DNA of 64,000 nt from Paraspadella gotoi (taxonomy: Eukaryota > Animalia > Chaetognatha): contig CM119268.1 of assembly GCA_051294375.1 (NCBI GenBank), forward strand, positions 1,586,549-1,650,548, given 5' to 3'. Below, one piece after another: positions 12,045-24,700 of this stretch (its first letter is position 1; the number at the start of each line of letters is the position of its first letter). The notes under the pieces are model-generated. The model ran no database searches. It was not told where the DNA came from and saw only the letters and a program-made list of their open reading frames with translations. A program made the position numbers and the translations under genes.

Positions 12045-15000
12045 GAGAAGAGAGAGAGAGAGAGGAGGACGCAAGCGGTGCGAAAGCCCCCGATCGCCAC
12101 AGAGGGAGACTGTGTCGAGGGGTCGCAAGAACCGAAGAGAAGCGAAAGAAAAAAAAAACGAAGGACGAGGCGGGAACGGATCCGGTACCGGTGGCAACGG
12201 ATTAGGAAGGTCTGGACAAACGGTGGGGCGGGGCACAGGGAGGACAATGCCGAAGGAACAAGGAGGGGAAAGAAAGGGGAGGATAACGCGTGAAAGACGG
12301 AGTAAGGACAGTAATAGGGCGCGGGGCGATGTGGGAGGGAACGAGTGCGAGCAGGGGGAAAAAAGGCAACAGTGGTAGAGGGACGGGGCGCGGAGTGTGA
12401 CGGGGAGGTGTGGAAGCCCGGGTGGTTGTGTCTGAAAAGAGGCGGCAAAAAACAAAGCGCGCGTCGCGCGCGCGCTGCGCCGTCGCTACCGTCGCGCGCG
12501 CTCGCGTCGCGCGCGCGCGCTCGCGTGGCGCGCGAGTCGCGCGCCGCCGCGCGCGCGTCGTGCGCGCGCGCGCGCGCGCGCGCGCGCGTCGCGGCATGCT
12601 GCGCGCGTCGCGCGCGTCGTCGCGCTCGCGGCGCCGGGAAAGGACCCGCCCGAGAGGCGAGTCCAAGTCAAGGAAACCCCCATGAATGGTGCACCAGGGG
12701 TCTGCTGCTGGTCGGGGGCGGGAAAAGGGAAACGAAGGCAAGGGTGATGCCGACGGCCGTGGAACGGCGTACCGGGCGCGTGGGAGGCAGGGCGTTGCGG
12801 TGCGGGCGGGCGGCGGGCGTTGCTGGTGCGGGGCGGGCTGCGGGCGGGCTGGCGGCGGGCGGGCGGCGGGGCGGGCTTGCGGCGGGCGGGTCGGGCGTGC
12901 GGTCCCAGTAGGAGAAAAGTAAGGGAATGCTGACGCAAGAGATAGGGACAAGGTGCAAGAGCAATGGTAGTGGGGGGGCATGGGGACGACAAGCGCAGGC
13001 GGGCGGACGGGGCGGTGCGGCAGGCAGTGAGGCAGCGAGGATGGGGCCAAGGCCCAGTATGCCCAGAGAATAACGGGAGCGAAGGCCGAGAGAGAGAGAA
13101 AGAGCAGATGAGAGAGAAAGAGAGAAAAAGAAGGAGTGATGAGAGAGGAGGAGAGAGAGATGAAAGAGAGGAAAGACAAAGAGAAAGGAAGCAGAGATGC
13201 GAAGCAAAGGGGAGAAACGCGGAGAAACCGGACGAGTGCGCGCCGTGGAAAGGAGGCCTGGAGGGATGGGACGCCGGGCGCGAGCGATGCGGGCCTGTGA
13301 CTGCGGGGAGATTGAGGCACGGAACTCGGGCGTCAGATGGAGGTGGGCGTGTGCGGCGGTGCGGTGTCGTGGTCGTGGCGGGCGGGCGGGCGGTGCTGGT
13401 GGGCGGGTGGCGGCGGCGTGCCGGCGTGCGGGTCGGGCGTGCGGGCGGGCGGTCGGGCGGGCGGGCGGGCTGGCGGCGGTCGGCGGGCGGCAGGCGGGCG
13501 GGCGGCGCGGGCTCACTCGCACGCGCGCGCGCGTCGCTCTCCGCGACGCGCGCGTCGCTCGCCCGTCGCGGCGCGCGCGCGCGCGCTGCGCGCGCGCGCG
13601 TCGTCGCGCGCGCGTCTCGCGCAAGGCCCCAGGTCGAGAGACTGCTCGAAGCGCAAAGCGAAAAAAAGGGCGCGACGAGGGAAAAAGACGGTGAGCCAAA
13701 CGCGGTGGCGTGCTCGGCGCGTGGGGGCGAGGCGGTGCGGCGGCGGGGCGGGCGGGGACGGTACGGTGCCGTGGCGTGGCGGGCGGGCTGGCGTGTGCGG
13801 GGCATGTGCGGTGCAGGGCCGTGGCGTTCGGTGCGGCGTCGTGGCGGGCGGCGGGCGGGCGGTCGGGCGCGGGCGGGCTGGGCGGTGCGGGCGGGCGGGC
13901 GGGGCGGGGCAGGGGCTGAACGGCGCGGCCGAACGTGCGTGCGCTGAGCGGGCTGATCGGGTCGGGTGCCCGTGCGGCCTGGCGGGCGGCGGTGCGGGTC
14001 GTGGCCAAGCGTGGCGGGCGTGCGTGCGGGCGCGTGCGGGCTGGTACGTGAGTGGGACCGGGCGGTGCGGGCGGGGGCGTGTACGGGTACGGTGTGCCCG
14101 GGTGGCTGCGCTGCGCGGTCGCGTTGCGTGCGCGGTGGCGTCCTTCTGTCCGGGCCGGCGGGGACGTGGACGGGGTCGGGCGTACTGGGCGGGGTGACGG
14201 GCGGCGGAGGCGGCCCTCGCGCCACGAGGGGCCGGTGCCGCAGGTCAGGCGCGCGCAGGGGTGCACGACTGCACGCGAAAGCATAATCCGCATCCTCTCA
14301 CTGTGAACGTCTGTATGGGCGGCCTATAGGCGCGCAGGGAGGAGCATCGCGGCGCGAGGCGTGGCCGGGGCTGCCGTGCATAGTATGTTTCGTTTTGAGA
14401 GCCTCGCGGAGCGGATGTTGGGATGGCGGGGCGAAGGCGCAGCGGCCCCAGACAATCGGCCGCTGGGTGCGTATAGGAAGTGGTGCGGTAGCCAAACCCG
14501 GAAGCAGGGCCCAGCACGGCCGCGCCCAAAGTGCCTATTGGCAGCCCTCTGCTCCGCTATATGGCCAGCACAGCCCGCTGCCCGCGTAGTCCCAGAGAAG
14601 CCGCGCGCCCATAGGCCCAGCAGATGCCGCGGCCGCGAGGCCAGTCACGGCCGCGCCCCGAAGGGCCAGGCAGCCACGCCCCCAAAGGCACAGCACAGCC
14701 GCTGCCCGTCGAGGCCAAAGCACGGCCGCTGCCCCCAGGCCCTAGCGCAGCCACCGAGGCGATCGGCGGGGCCAACCTGGCAGGCAGACGCGGCCGGGGG
14801 CAGAGTAGTGGAAGGAGGAAAGGCTGACCCATTACGAGTCGGCAAGAGGACGAAACGGGGAATAAGTAGGGAAAGAAGAAGAAGAGACGGAGTGAAACAG
14901 GAGTGAAAAAGGGAGAAAGCGAGAAAAAAGGGGTGACGGGAGAAAGTAAAAGAAGCGAGCGTAAGGGAAAGTGGTATGTATCTTATGCGGAATGGGAGAA

Positions 15001-18000
15001 AGGAAGGCAGACAGGGGGAAAAAGAAAGAGGGAAGCACAAGAGACGGGCAAGCGAAGTGAAAAAGGAGAAAGTAACGAAGGAAACTGAAAGGAATAAGAA
15101 GGTGGAGTGCAAAAAGGAAAAGGGAAAAAAGAGAAGACAAACGGAAGAGGATGGAATAAAAAGGTGAAGCGGAGAAGAGACAGGTAGAGGAAAAGTGTGC
15201 AATAGGACGGGGTCACGAGGAAATGGGTTGTGTTATTTGAGGGTGCGGGTGAAAAAGGAGGAGGTCGAAGAAGGCAAGGGGCAAGGGGAAGGGCAGGGGT
15301 TGGCGGCGGAAAAGAGGAGGAGGGAGATTACGAGCGGGTCCGAGGGAGTAAGTAGACAAGTAATAGGACAGTGACAAGAGTGAAACCAAAGCAAAGGCGG
15401 CCAGAACCGTAAAAAAAGCAGGGAAAAAACAAGAAACCAGGGAGGAAAAGAATACGACCATAAGAAAAAGAGGGCAAATAAAACCATGGGCAACAAGAGT
15501 AGCCGCGGGATAGCCAACGGGGCGTGGAGAACGTGGGCGCTCGTGTGGTGGTGTGGAGGATATGTGAAGGAATGGCCACGCGACGCTCGGTGGAGGCGCC
15601 GCGGCGGCAGCTGAGACGGACGCGCGCCAAACCGCCGGGAAGCGGGAGCGGAAGGCGGCAGCGGCTGGCGGCGCGGAGCCAAACGAAGCAAATCAGCGGC
15701 GGGAGGCCGCGCGGATGGGTGGCGTCGGCGGGGGAGGGCCGGGCGACAGGCCGGGAGAGCAGGGGCGGGGCTGGCCACGGTGGTGATGCGTTTGGCGGGT
15801 CAGGAGAAGAAAGGGATGGTGAAGGAGATGGAAAGGAGGAGCCGGGGACGAGCCAAACCACGCAGACAGGACGGGGGGTAAAAGCGGCATGGGCTTAAGG
15901 CAAAGTGGAAGAGCGTGCCCAACAAGAGTAGGTAGAAGTGGGAGAGCGCGCAAACTGGTGGGGAAAAAAAATATATATAGCAAGGAAAGTGGAAGAGACA
16001 GATGAGAAGGGATGGGAGGGACAGAACCGGGCAAGGAAGCAGGCCCGGAACGTGCTGTGAGCAGGCGAGGACACCGGGACATGGCAGGTGTAATGTCTGC
16101 CGCGGCCGCGGAACGGGGAGTGCGACCACGTCGAAAACCCCGCGACCGGGGGGGGAGGCGATATGACGGAGCCGGCCACCTGAGGCCGCGGATGTGGAAC
16201 GGGGGGAGGAGGCCACCTAGAAAGATGCTGAGTAAAGCGAAAGGTTGAAAACCAACGGACGGACGGAAGAGATGGATGTGATGAGAGGAAGACGGGCTGA
16301 ATAAGGACGGAGGCAGGCGAGCCGGCCCAGGGGGCCGGCAACAGTGGAACGCGTACAATTGTTGTGAGTGAAAAGGCGCCAAAAGAGATGCTGAGTGGGA
16401 GGCGGAGCGGCGTGAGCAGGCAGCATCCCGACGCGAGAACGCACGGTGGGGAACGCACGGTGGGCGGGCCGCTGGTCCGCCCCCGCAAGAGGGCGGGGCA
16501 CCCACGGAGAGCAGGCGAACACGCTAAAGGAGGAGAAAGGAGGCCAATAAAAAAGAGGGCCGGCCGGCCGGCCGGCCCGGCCGGCCGGCCGGCGGCCGCC
16601 GGCCGGCCGGCCGGCCGGGCGGCCGGCCGGCCGCCGGCCGGCCGGTCCCACCGGAGCAAAAAAACACCAAAGGACGCGGAGGAGGGGAGGGGGGGAAAGG
16701 AAAGGGGGGCAGAGGGAAGGGGGAGGGAGCGGGAGAGAAGGGCGAGGGAAGCGGCCGAGGAGGAAAGGAGGGGAAAGGGAAAAAACAAAAAAAAGAGAGG
16801 CACGAGGTGGAACACAAGGGCGCAGAATGGGGAGGGCGGAGGGACTGGAATGGGAGGGGGGAGGAAAGGGGGGGAGGGTAACAGGAAAGCAAGGGCGAGG
16901 AAGAGGGTGAGGGGAAAGAGGGGAAAGGGAAAAAAAACAAAAAACCGGACGAAGGAGGAGGCGGCTGGCCAGGGAGAGTGAAAAAGGGAGCGCAGGAGGA
17001 GGAAGAAAGCAAAGAAGAAGGAGGGAAGGAAGCAAGGAGGAAAAGGAAAGAGAAGCAAGAAGGAAGGAAGGAGGCAAGCAAAGCCGGCCAGCCGGCCCAG
17101 GCGGAGCAAAAAAGCGCCCAAGAACGGCGGGAGGGGCGGGGAGGGGAATAAAGGGGGGAGGAAAGGAGGGGGAAAGCTGGGAGAGAAAAGAGGCGAGGGA
17201 AAGCGTGGGGGAGGGGAAAGGAGGGGAAGGGAAAAAACAGTAAGGCGAAGGTACGAAATATGCTGGGGACGTGAGGGAACTCTATATGAATAGACGCCGT
17301 ATGGAAGCGAGAAGGGAGGAGAGAGGGAGTGGGAAAGGGGGGCGCGGAGGAAAACGGGAGGACGATCGGAGAGAAGGGCAGGGGAAACGACCAGTGGAAA
17401 AGGAGGGGAAAGGAAAAAAAGAGGAGGCACAGGGACGTAAGCGGTGGGATGTGAGTGGGAACCCAGGAGAGAGGTGAGAGGAAAGGGGAGCAGGGAGGAA
17501 AGGGAGGGAAGATAGCTCGAGAGAGAAAGACGGAAGGCAAGGGGAAAAAAGTAGGCAAGGGGAAGAAAGGAGGGCAAGGGAAAAAAATCGGAAACAGAAG
17601 GAGCGGGCGAGGGCAGAAATGAGAGAAGAGAGCGCGATGATAGAGAGAGAAAGAGGGAGAGGACGCAGAGAGAGAGAGAGGGAGAGAGAGAGAGAAGAGA
17701 GGAGAGTATGACAGAAATATGAATATATATATGCTGGATATATGTATCGCAAGAGCGATTGCCAGGAGTTCCCTTTACGACAGAGAAAATGTTGAAGGAA
17801 TAAAAAACACCGGGGATAAAAATTATCGAAGGAAGCAGGCGTGATGAACGAAGTGGGGATTGGTTTACGAGGAAGGGCAGGAGGGAAGACGAATGGAGTG
17901 ATTGGGAAGAGGAAGGGTGAGGGGAGGGTAAGGGGAAGGGAGGAGGGAGGCGAGGAGAAGCAAGGAGTGGAGGCGGAGGAGAGGCAGGCACGGCGGGGGG

Positions 18001-18849
18001 GGAGAGCGCAGCAGGGAGGGCGGGCAGGGGCAGGCAGGAAGGGAGGCGAGGAAGGGGCAGGCAGGGAGGCGAGGTGAGAGCATAGGAAACAAATAAGAGG
18101 CGCGGAGGATGGGAAGACGACGAGGAGCAGACGAGAGATAAAGTAGTGATGTATGAGAGTAGAGATAGAGATTTGTAGTTGAAAGATTTGAGTTAGAGAG
18201 AAGAAGAGAGAGAGAAGAGGTAGAAGAGAGAGATGATTTGAGAGAATAAGCCGACGAAAATGTCGCGGGTATAGGAAAAGAGGGGAGGGGAGGGAAAAAG
18301 CGCGGAAGAAAGAGGGCGAAGAAGAAAAAGGGGAGAAGGAAAAAAAGAAGCAGAAGGCGGGCAAAAATACATACGATGCATCAATTAAGAGCGCGACAGA
18401 GAGGGACAGACACACACATGAGAGACAGAGAGACAGAGAGAGAGAGCAGAATTAAATGAGAGAGAGAGAGAGGACAGCCGCTGGCAGAGATAGGATAAAG
18501 AGAAAGAAAAGAGCGAGAGAGATAGAAGGTAAAGATGAGAGAGGAGATTGATTGAGAAGCGCGACCCCAGTCCCGGGGACCGGGAAAAGATAGCAGCTAG
18601 GACGGAGGGCCGGCCGCACGGAGCGGGAGCGAGGCGGGACCCAAAAGGACCCGGGGCGCCGGGCGCGGGGGCGGGGACAGGAGGGAACCCACAGGAGAGC
18701 GAAAAAAAGGTGGGCTGACAAAATATATTTTTAGGAGAGAGAGAGAGGATGATGGGAGAGAGAGAGGAGAGATGACGAAGGGGAGTAGAGAGAGAGAAAT
18801 GGATGTAAGTCTATTTTGGGACAGACGCCGCAGAGCCGGAACGCGGGTG
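10868..18849 (-). repeat. Inverted copy of ~2895-10585 with systematic T->G substitution (probable low-quality long-read fill)
   Basis: (CT)n at ~20686-20856 appears as (CG)n at ~12458-12630; (CCGT)n at ~24800-24890 appears as (CCGG)n at ~16560-16645; the reverse complement of 9654-9740 appears T->G-converted at ~11649-11730. Ends at a 25-N gap (18850-18874). Confidence 0.85.
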
Positions 18850-18874
18850 NNNNNNNNNNNNNNNNNNNNNNNNN

Positions 18875-18910
<36 letters not shown>

Positions 18911-19043
18911 TAACCAAAATGAGTAATTGTTTTTTTTCTCCGAATATTAGATTCTTTCTAATTTTTGGATTAAAAAATTGTTGTTCTTTCTTTCAATTTT
19001 AATTTTGAATCATAANNNNNNNNNNNNNNNNNACAGCGGCATC

Positions 19044-19491
19044 ATGTCGCGATTGACCGCAGTCGTCGTGTTAGCCTTTTGTTTGACCACTTTCGCCCCG
19101 GATGTGAAAGGAAACTGGATCAGCGGATGTTGGGAGACCTGGTCCCGTTGCACGAGATGGTCGTCGGCTGCGTCGGGAATCCTCTGGCAATCATGTCCTC
19201 AACGCTGCGTGTGAGTTTTTAGTTAAAATATCTAATGTTTTGTTAAATTGTTTATACTATCTTATCTTTAGTCAATTACGGTATGTTTACTCACAACTCA
19301 ACTAAATCTGAACGGCTTCGGGATTTAAGAATTTGTAGTCTAAAACGTTTTTGTTTTTATCCGCCAGGTGTCTTGGATTCGCAACTGGTCAGTGTCAATC
19401 GGTTCCAAGCAGATGCGGATCGGGAAGAGCTCTGTCGTGCAGATGCTCAGGACGGCGATCTGGAGCAAAACCCAGATGGTGTGGATTCTGA
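19044..19491 (+). CDS. Macin-family antimicrobial peptide precursor (theromacin/hydramacin-like, 10-Cys form); exons 19044-19210 and 19368-19491
   Basis: Spliced product MSRLTAVVVLAFCLTTFAPDVKG|NWISGCWETWSRCTRWSSAASGILWQSCPQRCVCLGFATGQCQSVPSRCGSGRALSCRCSGRRSGAKPRWCGF* (96 aa). CWETWSRCT...G.LW.SC...C is the macin signature. Phase-2 intron GTGAGT...TTTTTATCCGCCAG; hydrophobic signal peptide ending in VKG. Confidence 0.93.
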
Positions 19492-19648
19492 TCCGATTCT
19501 GATTGGATTCTGATTCGAATATGATTTGATTCTGATTCGATTCTGATTCGATTCTGATTCGATTCTGATTCGATTCTGATTCAATTCTGATTCGATTCTG
19601 ATTCGATTCTGATTCGATTCTGATTCGATTCTGATTCGATTCTGATTA
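19484..19648 (+). repeat. 11-bp tandem repeat (GATTCTGATTC)n overlapping the macin stop codon and 3'UTR
   Basis: About 14 units; the first unit is formed by the last codons GGA TTC TGA. Confidence 0.85.
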
Positions 19649-19729
19649 CGATTTGTATTCCATTTCCATGATGGTTCTAAGATTAAATTTAAACTACGTT
19701 TTTTCCATTGTAAAATTGTAAATAATCTT

Positions 19730-19735
19730 AATAAA
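19730..19735 (+). promoter_or_regulatory. Candidate polyadenylation signal of the macin gene
   Basis: AATAAA ~240 nt after the stop codon, followed by T-rich sequence. Confidence 0.45.
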
Positions 19736-20159
19736 TACAGTCTATGATAACATTTTGTACTTTTAATGCATTTTTGCTTTTCCGCATTATTTCAGTAGTT
19801 GATGTTTTCGCTAGCTACATATGTAAGTTCCTACATCATTCTTCTATATATCGAATTTTAAATTCTTTTTGCAGTTAAAGTTAAATTCAAGTGAAGTTAA
19901 ATTCAAGTTAAATTTAATAATTAAAAGTAATTCACTGGATATAAAAATGTCAAGGAGATTACAATTTAATTCAGAAATATTAATATTAATTCATGGAACC
20001 TCAAGGTCACCATAATTCGAGACCCTGATCGTTACATTAAATTTTCTCGCGAAACCATTGAAGACAANNNNNNNNNNNNNNNNNNNNNNNNNGGGCGACC
20101 TTCACGCTGCAGCCAAGAGAGAGAGAGAGAGAGATGAGGAGGGAGAGAGAGAAGAGAGC

Positions 20160-20239
<80 letters not shown>

Positions 20240-20274
20240 AGGAGAGAGAGAGAGAGAGGGAGGAGAGAGAGAGA

Positions 20275-20309
<35 letters not shown>

Positions 20310-20310
<1 letters not shown>

Positions 20311-20766
20311 TGAGACGCAAGCGGTAAATCCCCCGACTCCACAGAATGGAGACTGTCGATTTTTTCGCAAGGAACCTGAAGAGAATTCGAAAGAAAAAAA
20401 AAAGAAATGACGAGTCGTTAACGACGTTACCCTTGGCAACGGATTCGAAGGTCTTGACAACGGTTGTTGTCTGGGCAACAGTTTATGGTACAATGCGAAT
20501 GAAAAATTATGTGAAAATAAATTGGAAACTCTTTAAAGACTGGATATATACAAATATTGTCTCTTTTGGCGATGTGATGTAAACTATTCGATTCATTGTG
20601 AAAAATGTCAAAACATGTGCATTTTACTGTCGCTTTATTTACGTTGAGTTTGAGCCCTTTTTTTTCTAAGAGGGGCAAAAACAAATCTCTCTCTTCTCGT
20701 CTCTCATCCTTCTCTCATCTCTCTCTCTCTCTCTGCTTCTCTCTCTCTCTCTCTTTCTCTGCTATC

Positions 20767-20798
<32 letters not shown>

Positions 20799-20822
20799 GT
20801 CTCTCTCTCCTCTCTCTTCTCT

Positions 20823-20855
<33 letters not shown>

Positions 20856-21024
20856 GCGGTAAAATTACCTCTCCATTTATTCGTTCAATTCAAATTAACC
20901 CCATTAATTTTTTTTCAACCATTTTTTCTTCTTCTTCGGTTTGTTTAAAAGTTGAAACGAGTCAATTTGTATTCCGACGTCCCTTTAACGTCTACCTTTC
21001 GCTTTTGAGGTCATTGCTTGCTTG

Positions 21025-21056
<32 letters not shown>

Positions 21057-21083
21057 TCTTTCTTTCTTTCTTTTTTTCTTTCT

Positions 21084-21116
<33 letters not shown>

Positions 21117-21676
21117 TTTCTTCTTTTTCGCGGCATAGTAATAAAATAATGAATGCTTACTGCAATATATATTTAGCAATTTCTATCAATTTTAATTTGT
21201 TGCATTTTTTAATAACAATCTCATTTTCTTGTTACTTTTTTTCTGTGTTTGGTTGCATCATTATTCATCTATCGATGGGTCCAATGCCCTAGCCAGAGGA
21301 AAACTGGAGCGAAGGCCGGATGAGAGAGAGAAATTAGAGCAGAGAGAGAAAGATAGAAAAAGAGTGAGGGAGAAGAGATAGCAGAGAGAGAGAAAGAGAG
21401 AAAGACAGAGAGAAAGAGAGAGAGCAGGAAGCAAATGTAGAAACGCTGGAACCGGACGCAGTTGTTTCGCGCCCTTGAAATGATTCCTTGATGGATTTAA
21501 CTCCGGGCGCTATCTATCTGTCCTGACTTCGTTTGAGATTTTTTAGTCACCTTTAACTCTGTCTTCATTATTTATTTTTTTTCTTTCTTTCCTTTCTTCT
21601 CTTTCTTTTCTTTCTTTTCTTCTTTCTATTTTTCTTTTTTCTTTCTTCCTTCTTTCTTTCTTCTTTCTTTCTTTCT

Positions 21677-21712
<36 letters not shown>

Positions 21713-21764
21713 TTCTCCTTTCTTTCTTTCTTTCTTTTTTTCTCTGTCTCACTCTCACGCTCAG

Positions 21765-21796
<32 letters not shown>

Positions 21797-24700
21797 CCCT
21801 CTATCTCTCTCTCTCTCTCTCCTCTCTTCTCTCTCTCATCTCGCCCCAATTCCTTTTCGAGAGACTGCTCGAATTCTCCAAGGAAAAAAAATGGCGACGA
21901 TTGGCAAAAATACGTGAGGTTTCCAAACTTCTGTTTTCTTTCTCCTTCTCTTTTTTGGTTTCTTCTTTTCTTTCTTATTTTTTCTTTTCTTTTTTACTTA
22001 CTTTTTCCTTTTTTTCTTTCTTTCTTCTTTTCTTTTCTTTTCTTTTCATTTCTTTCATTTCCTTTCTTTCTTTTACTTTCTTTTTCTTTTCTTTTCTTTT
22101 CTTTTCTTTTCTTTTTCTTTTCTTTCTTTCTTTTCCTTTTTCTTTCGTTTTCTTTTCTTCATTATTTTTCTTAACTTCTCTTTTCCTAACTTTTCTTCTC
22201 TTAGCTTTTCTTACTTTCTTTTCCCATTTCTTTTCCTTTCTTTTCTTTTCTTTTCTTTTCTTTTCCATCTTTTCCTTTTCTTTTTTTTCTTTTCTTTCTT
22301 TCTTACTTTTATTTTTTTTACCTTTCTTTCTTTCTTTTTCTTTACTTTACATTTTTCCCTTTTTTCTTCTCTTCTCTTCTCTTTTCTTCTTCTTTTTCTT
22401 CCTTTCCTTTCCTTTCTGTTATTTTTTACGTTTACTTTTCTTTTTCTACTTTTTCCTTTTTTTACTTTTCTTTCTTTTCTTCCCCCTCTCCACGCATGAT
22501 ATTTTTCCTTTCCTCCGTAGTTCTCTCTCAGGTTTTTCACGACTCATTAAAGCAAATCCCATCACTCCACTTAATCCTGCGGATTGGTTCCTCTATTCGC
22601 TCAAGGTAGGAGCATCTCTGCTCTAGTCTTTTTTTTTTGACTCTGGCAATATTTCTTATATTCCTCTCATTAGGCGTATTTTTTAGCGGGCGCAATTCTC
22701 AGTTCCCCAGAAACTTCCGCTTTGTCGAAATTAATTCTTATCCAACCCTTAAAATCATTCCCATCACTTCCGCTCCAATTCCATTCATATCCTCATTCCT
22801 ACTCCGTCCTCTCATATATTCCCCTCCCCAATTCCATCACATCCGCCTCGACTCCAACGTTCTATTCCCACTATCCGTCCTGATTATTTAATCCCCTCTC
22901 GCAATTCCGCATCATATCCGCTCGCCTCGATTCCCATTATCCTTCCCAATCCCGACATCGTCCTCCATTCCCATCATCATCCCCTCATCACATCCACATA
23001 TCCGCTCCCTCGATTCCTCATCCAAAATCATTCCATTCTCCCTCCTAATTCCCATTCGCATCCACCGATTTCTACTTCGTTGCCAACCTCAGTCAGACTC
23101 GTCCTTGTCGTCAGAGGAGTAAGAGGAGAGTCGACCAACGAAGCGTCAAGATTAACGAAACTTTTAAAATATTTTAAATATATAATAATATACGTTATAA
23201 AAACATTTAGTTTAAAACATTGTTATATAATCTATTTAAAAAAATTTTTTATTATAAATTAAAGAAGCTAGTAATGTTAAAGTATACTAATTTAAGGATT
23301 TTAAATAGTTTAAGTCATACATTTTTTACAAAGAAAAGATTGTAAGCACAATATACTTTTCATCGAATTAAAAAAAGGAAAAAACTTAAGGGTAAAAATA
23401 ATTAATAATAAGTTAATTCAATATTAGAAAGTAAAAATAGATACAAACGTAATATGAGTTAAAAAAATGTTAATCTTAATAATATAACAGTATATGAAAT
23501 ATTGCAAATTACTTGTTTCACTATTTTCCATATTTTATATTTTTTTTTAAAATTTTTATTATCTAATAATTCAATTTGGGAATGGGAAGTACAGTGTTGT
23601 CTTCTGGAAAATAGTGGGTGAGATTACTATTCGGTCTCTAGTTATAATATAACAATAATATACAGTACAAGATTTAAACTCAAATTCAAATTCGCAGACC
23701 TAAAAAGCATTTAAAAACATAAAACCAATTGTATGAAAAAGAAACGACAAATAAAAATATTTTCAAAAACACCGATTGAAACATATTTATTTTTCCGCTT
23801 TTTATATTCCCAACGTTTTCCTATAACGTTTCGCTATAATATTTGTAAGGAATCCACTCGACGCCTTTTATTTTTTATCTCCGCTGCGGCAGCTGAGACG
23901 GACGCTGCGCCAAACCCTGCTGAAGCGGGATTGATGCGGCCAGCGCGGCGTCGCTTAGCAACGAATCAACATCTCGGGATCCTCTTTTTTTTCTTCTGCT
24001 TTTTATTTCCGGTCCGAACTGCCATTATATCAGTTTTCTTTTTTTTTCCACGTTTAGCCTTGCGTCACATGATAATAAATTGATTATTAATTATATTAAA
24101 TTTATGTTTATCGTTTACTAGTCAAAACCACGATACCATTTACTGTTTTTTGAAAATCGTCCATTTTCTAATTCAAAATTGTAATATCCTTTGCCAAACT
24201 ATATGTTAATTGTATATCTCTCAAACCGTTGAAAAAAAAATCAATGAAATTGAAGAGACAGAAGATAATTGTTATGTGTTTAGTGACAGAAACCGTTCAA
24301 TATAAGCAGTCCCTGAACTTCGGATAGGATATTACACCGTGTTTTACAGGCAGGTTAAAGCGCCTCGTCCCTCTTAACTGTTAGGCGACCACCGGGCTAG
24401 AACCCGACCTTGGGGTTGGGGGCGATGATTGCTGGCACCTATGGCCGCTGATGAACGGTTGGTGGATTAGTCACCATATAATCGTTATCGAATTTAAAAC
24501 CAAACGTACTTTTTACTTTTTTACATATATTATTATATATTAAGACTTTCCTGAAGAACTTATGCATTCTATCTTCCCAGTTGTTTTCCTTCAACATTTA
24601 ACGCGACAATATATTAAATGCTCCAAAATATATCTATTTTTAGTCACGGATCTGCTAAATCAGGCAGATCCCGACTCTATAACTCACTTTTTATAACTCA

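Noticed and set aside
11445-18721. Many long overlapping ORFs (up to 698 aa) and an apparent CpG island, viral or horizontally transferred GC-rich block
   Set aside because: Stop codons were removed by T->G conversion of a non-coding duplicate; the products are low-complexity R/P/A/G or L/S/P/F.
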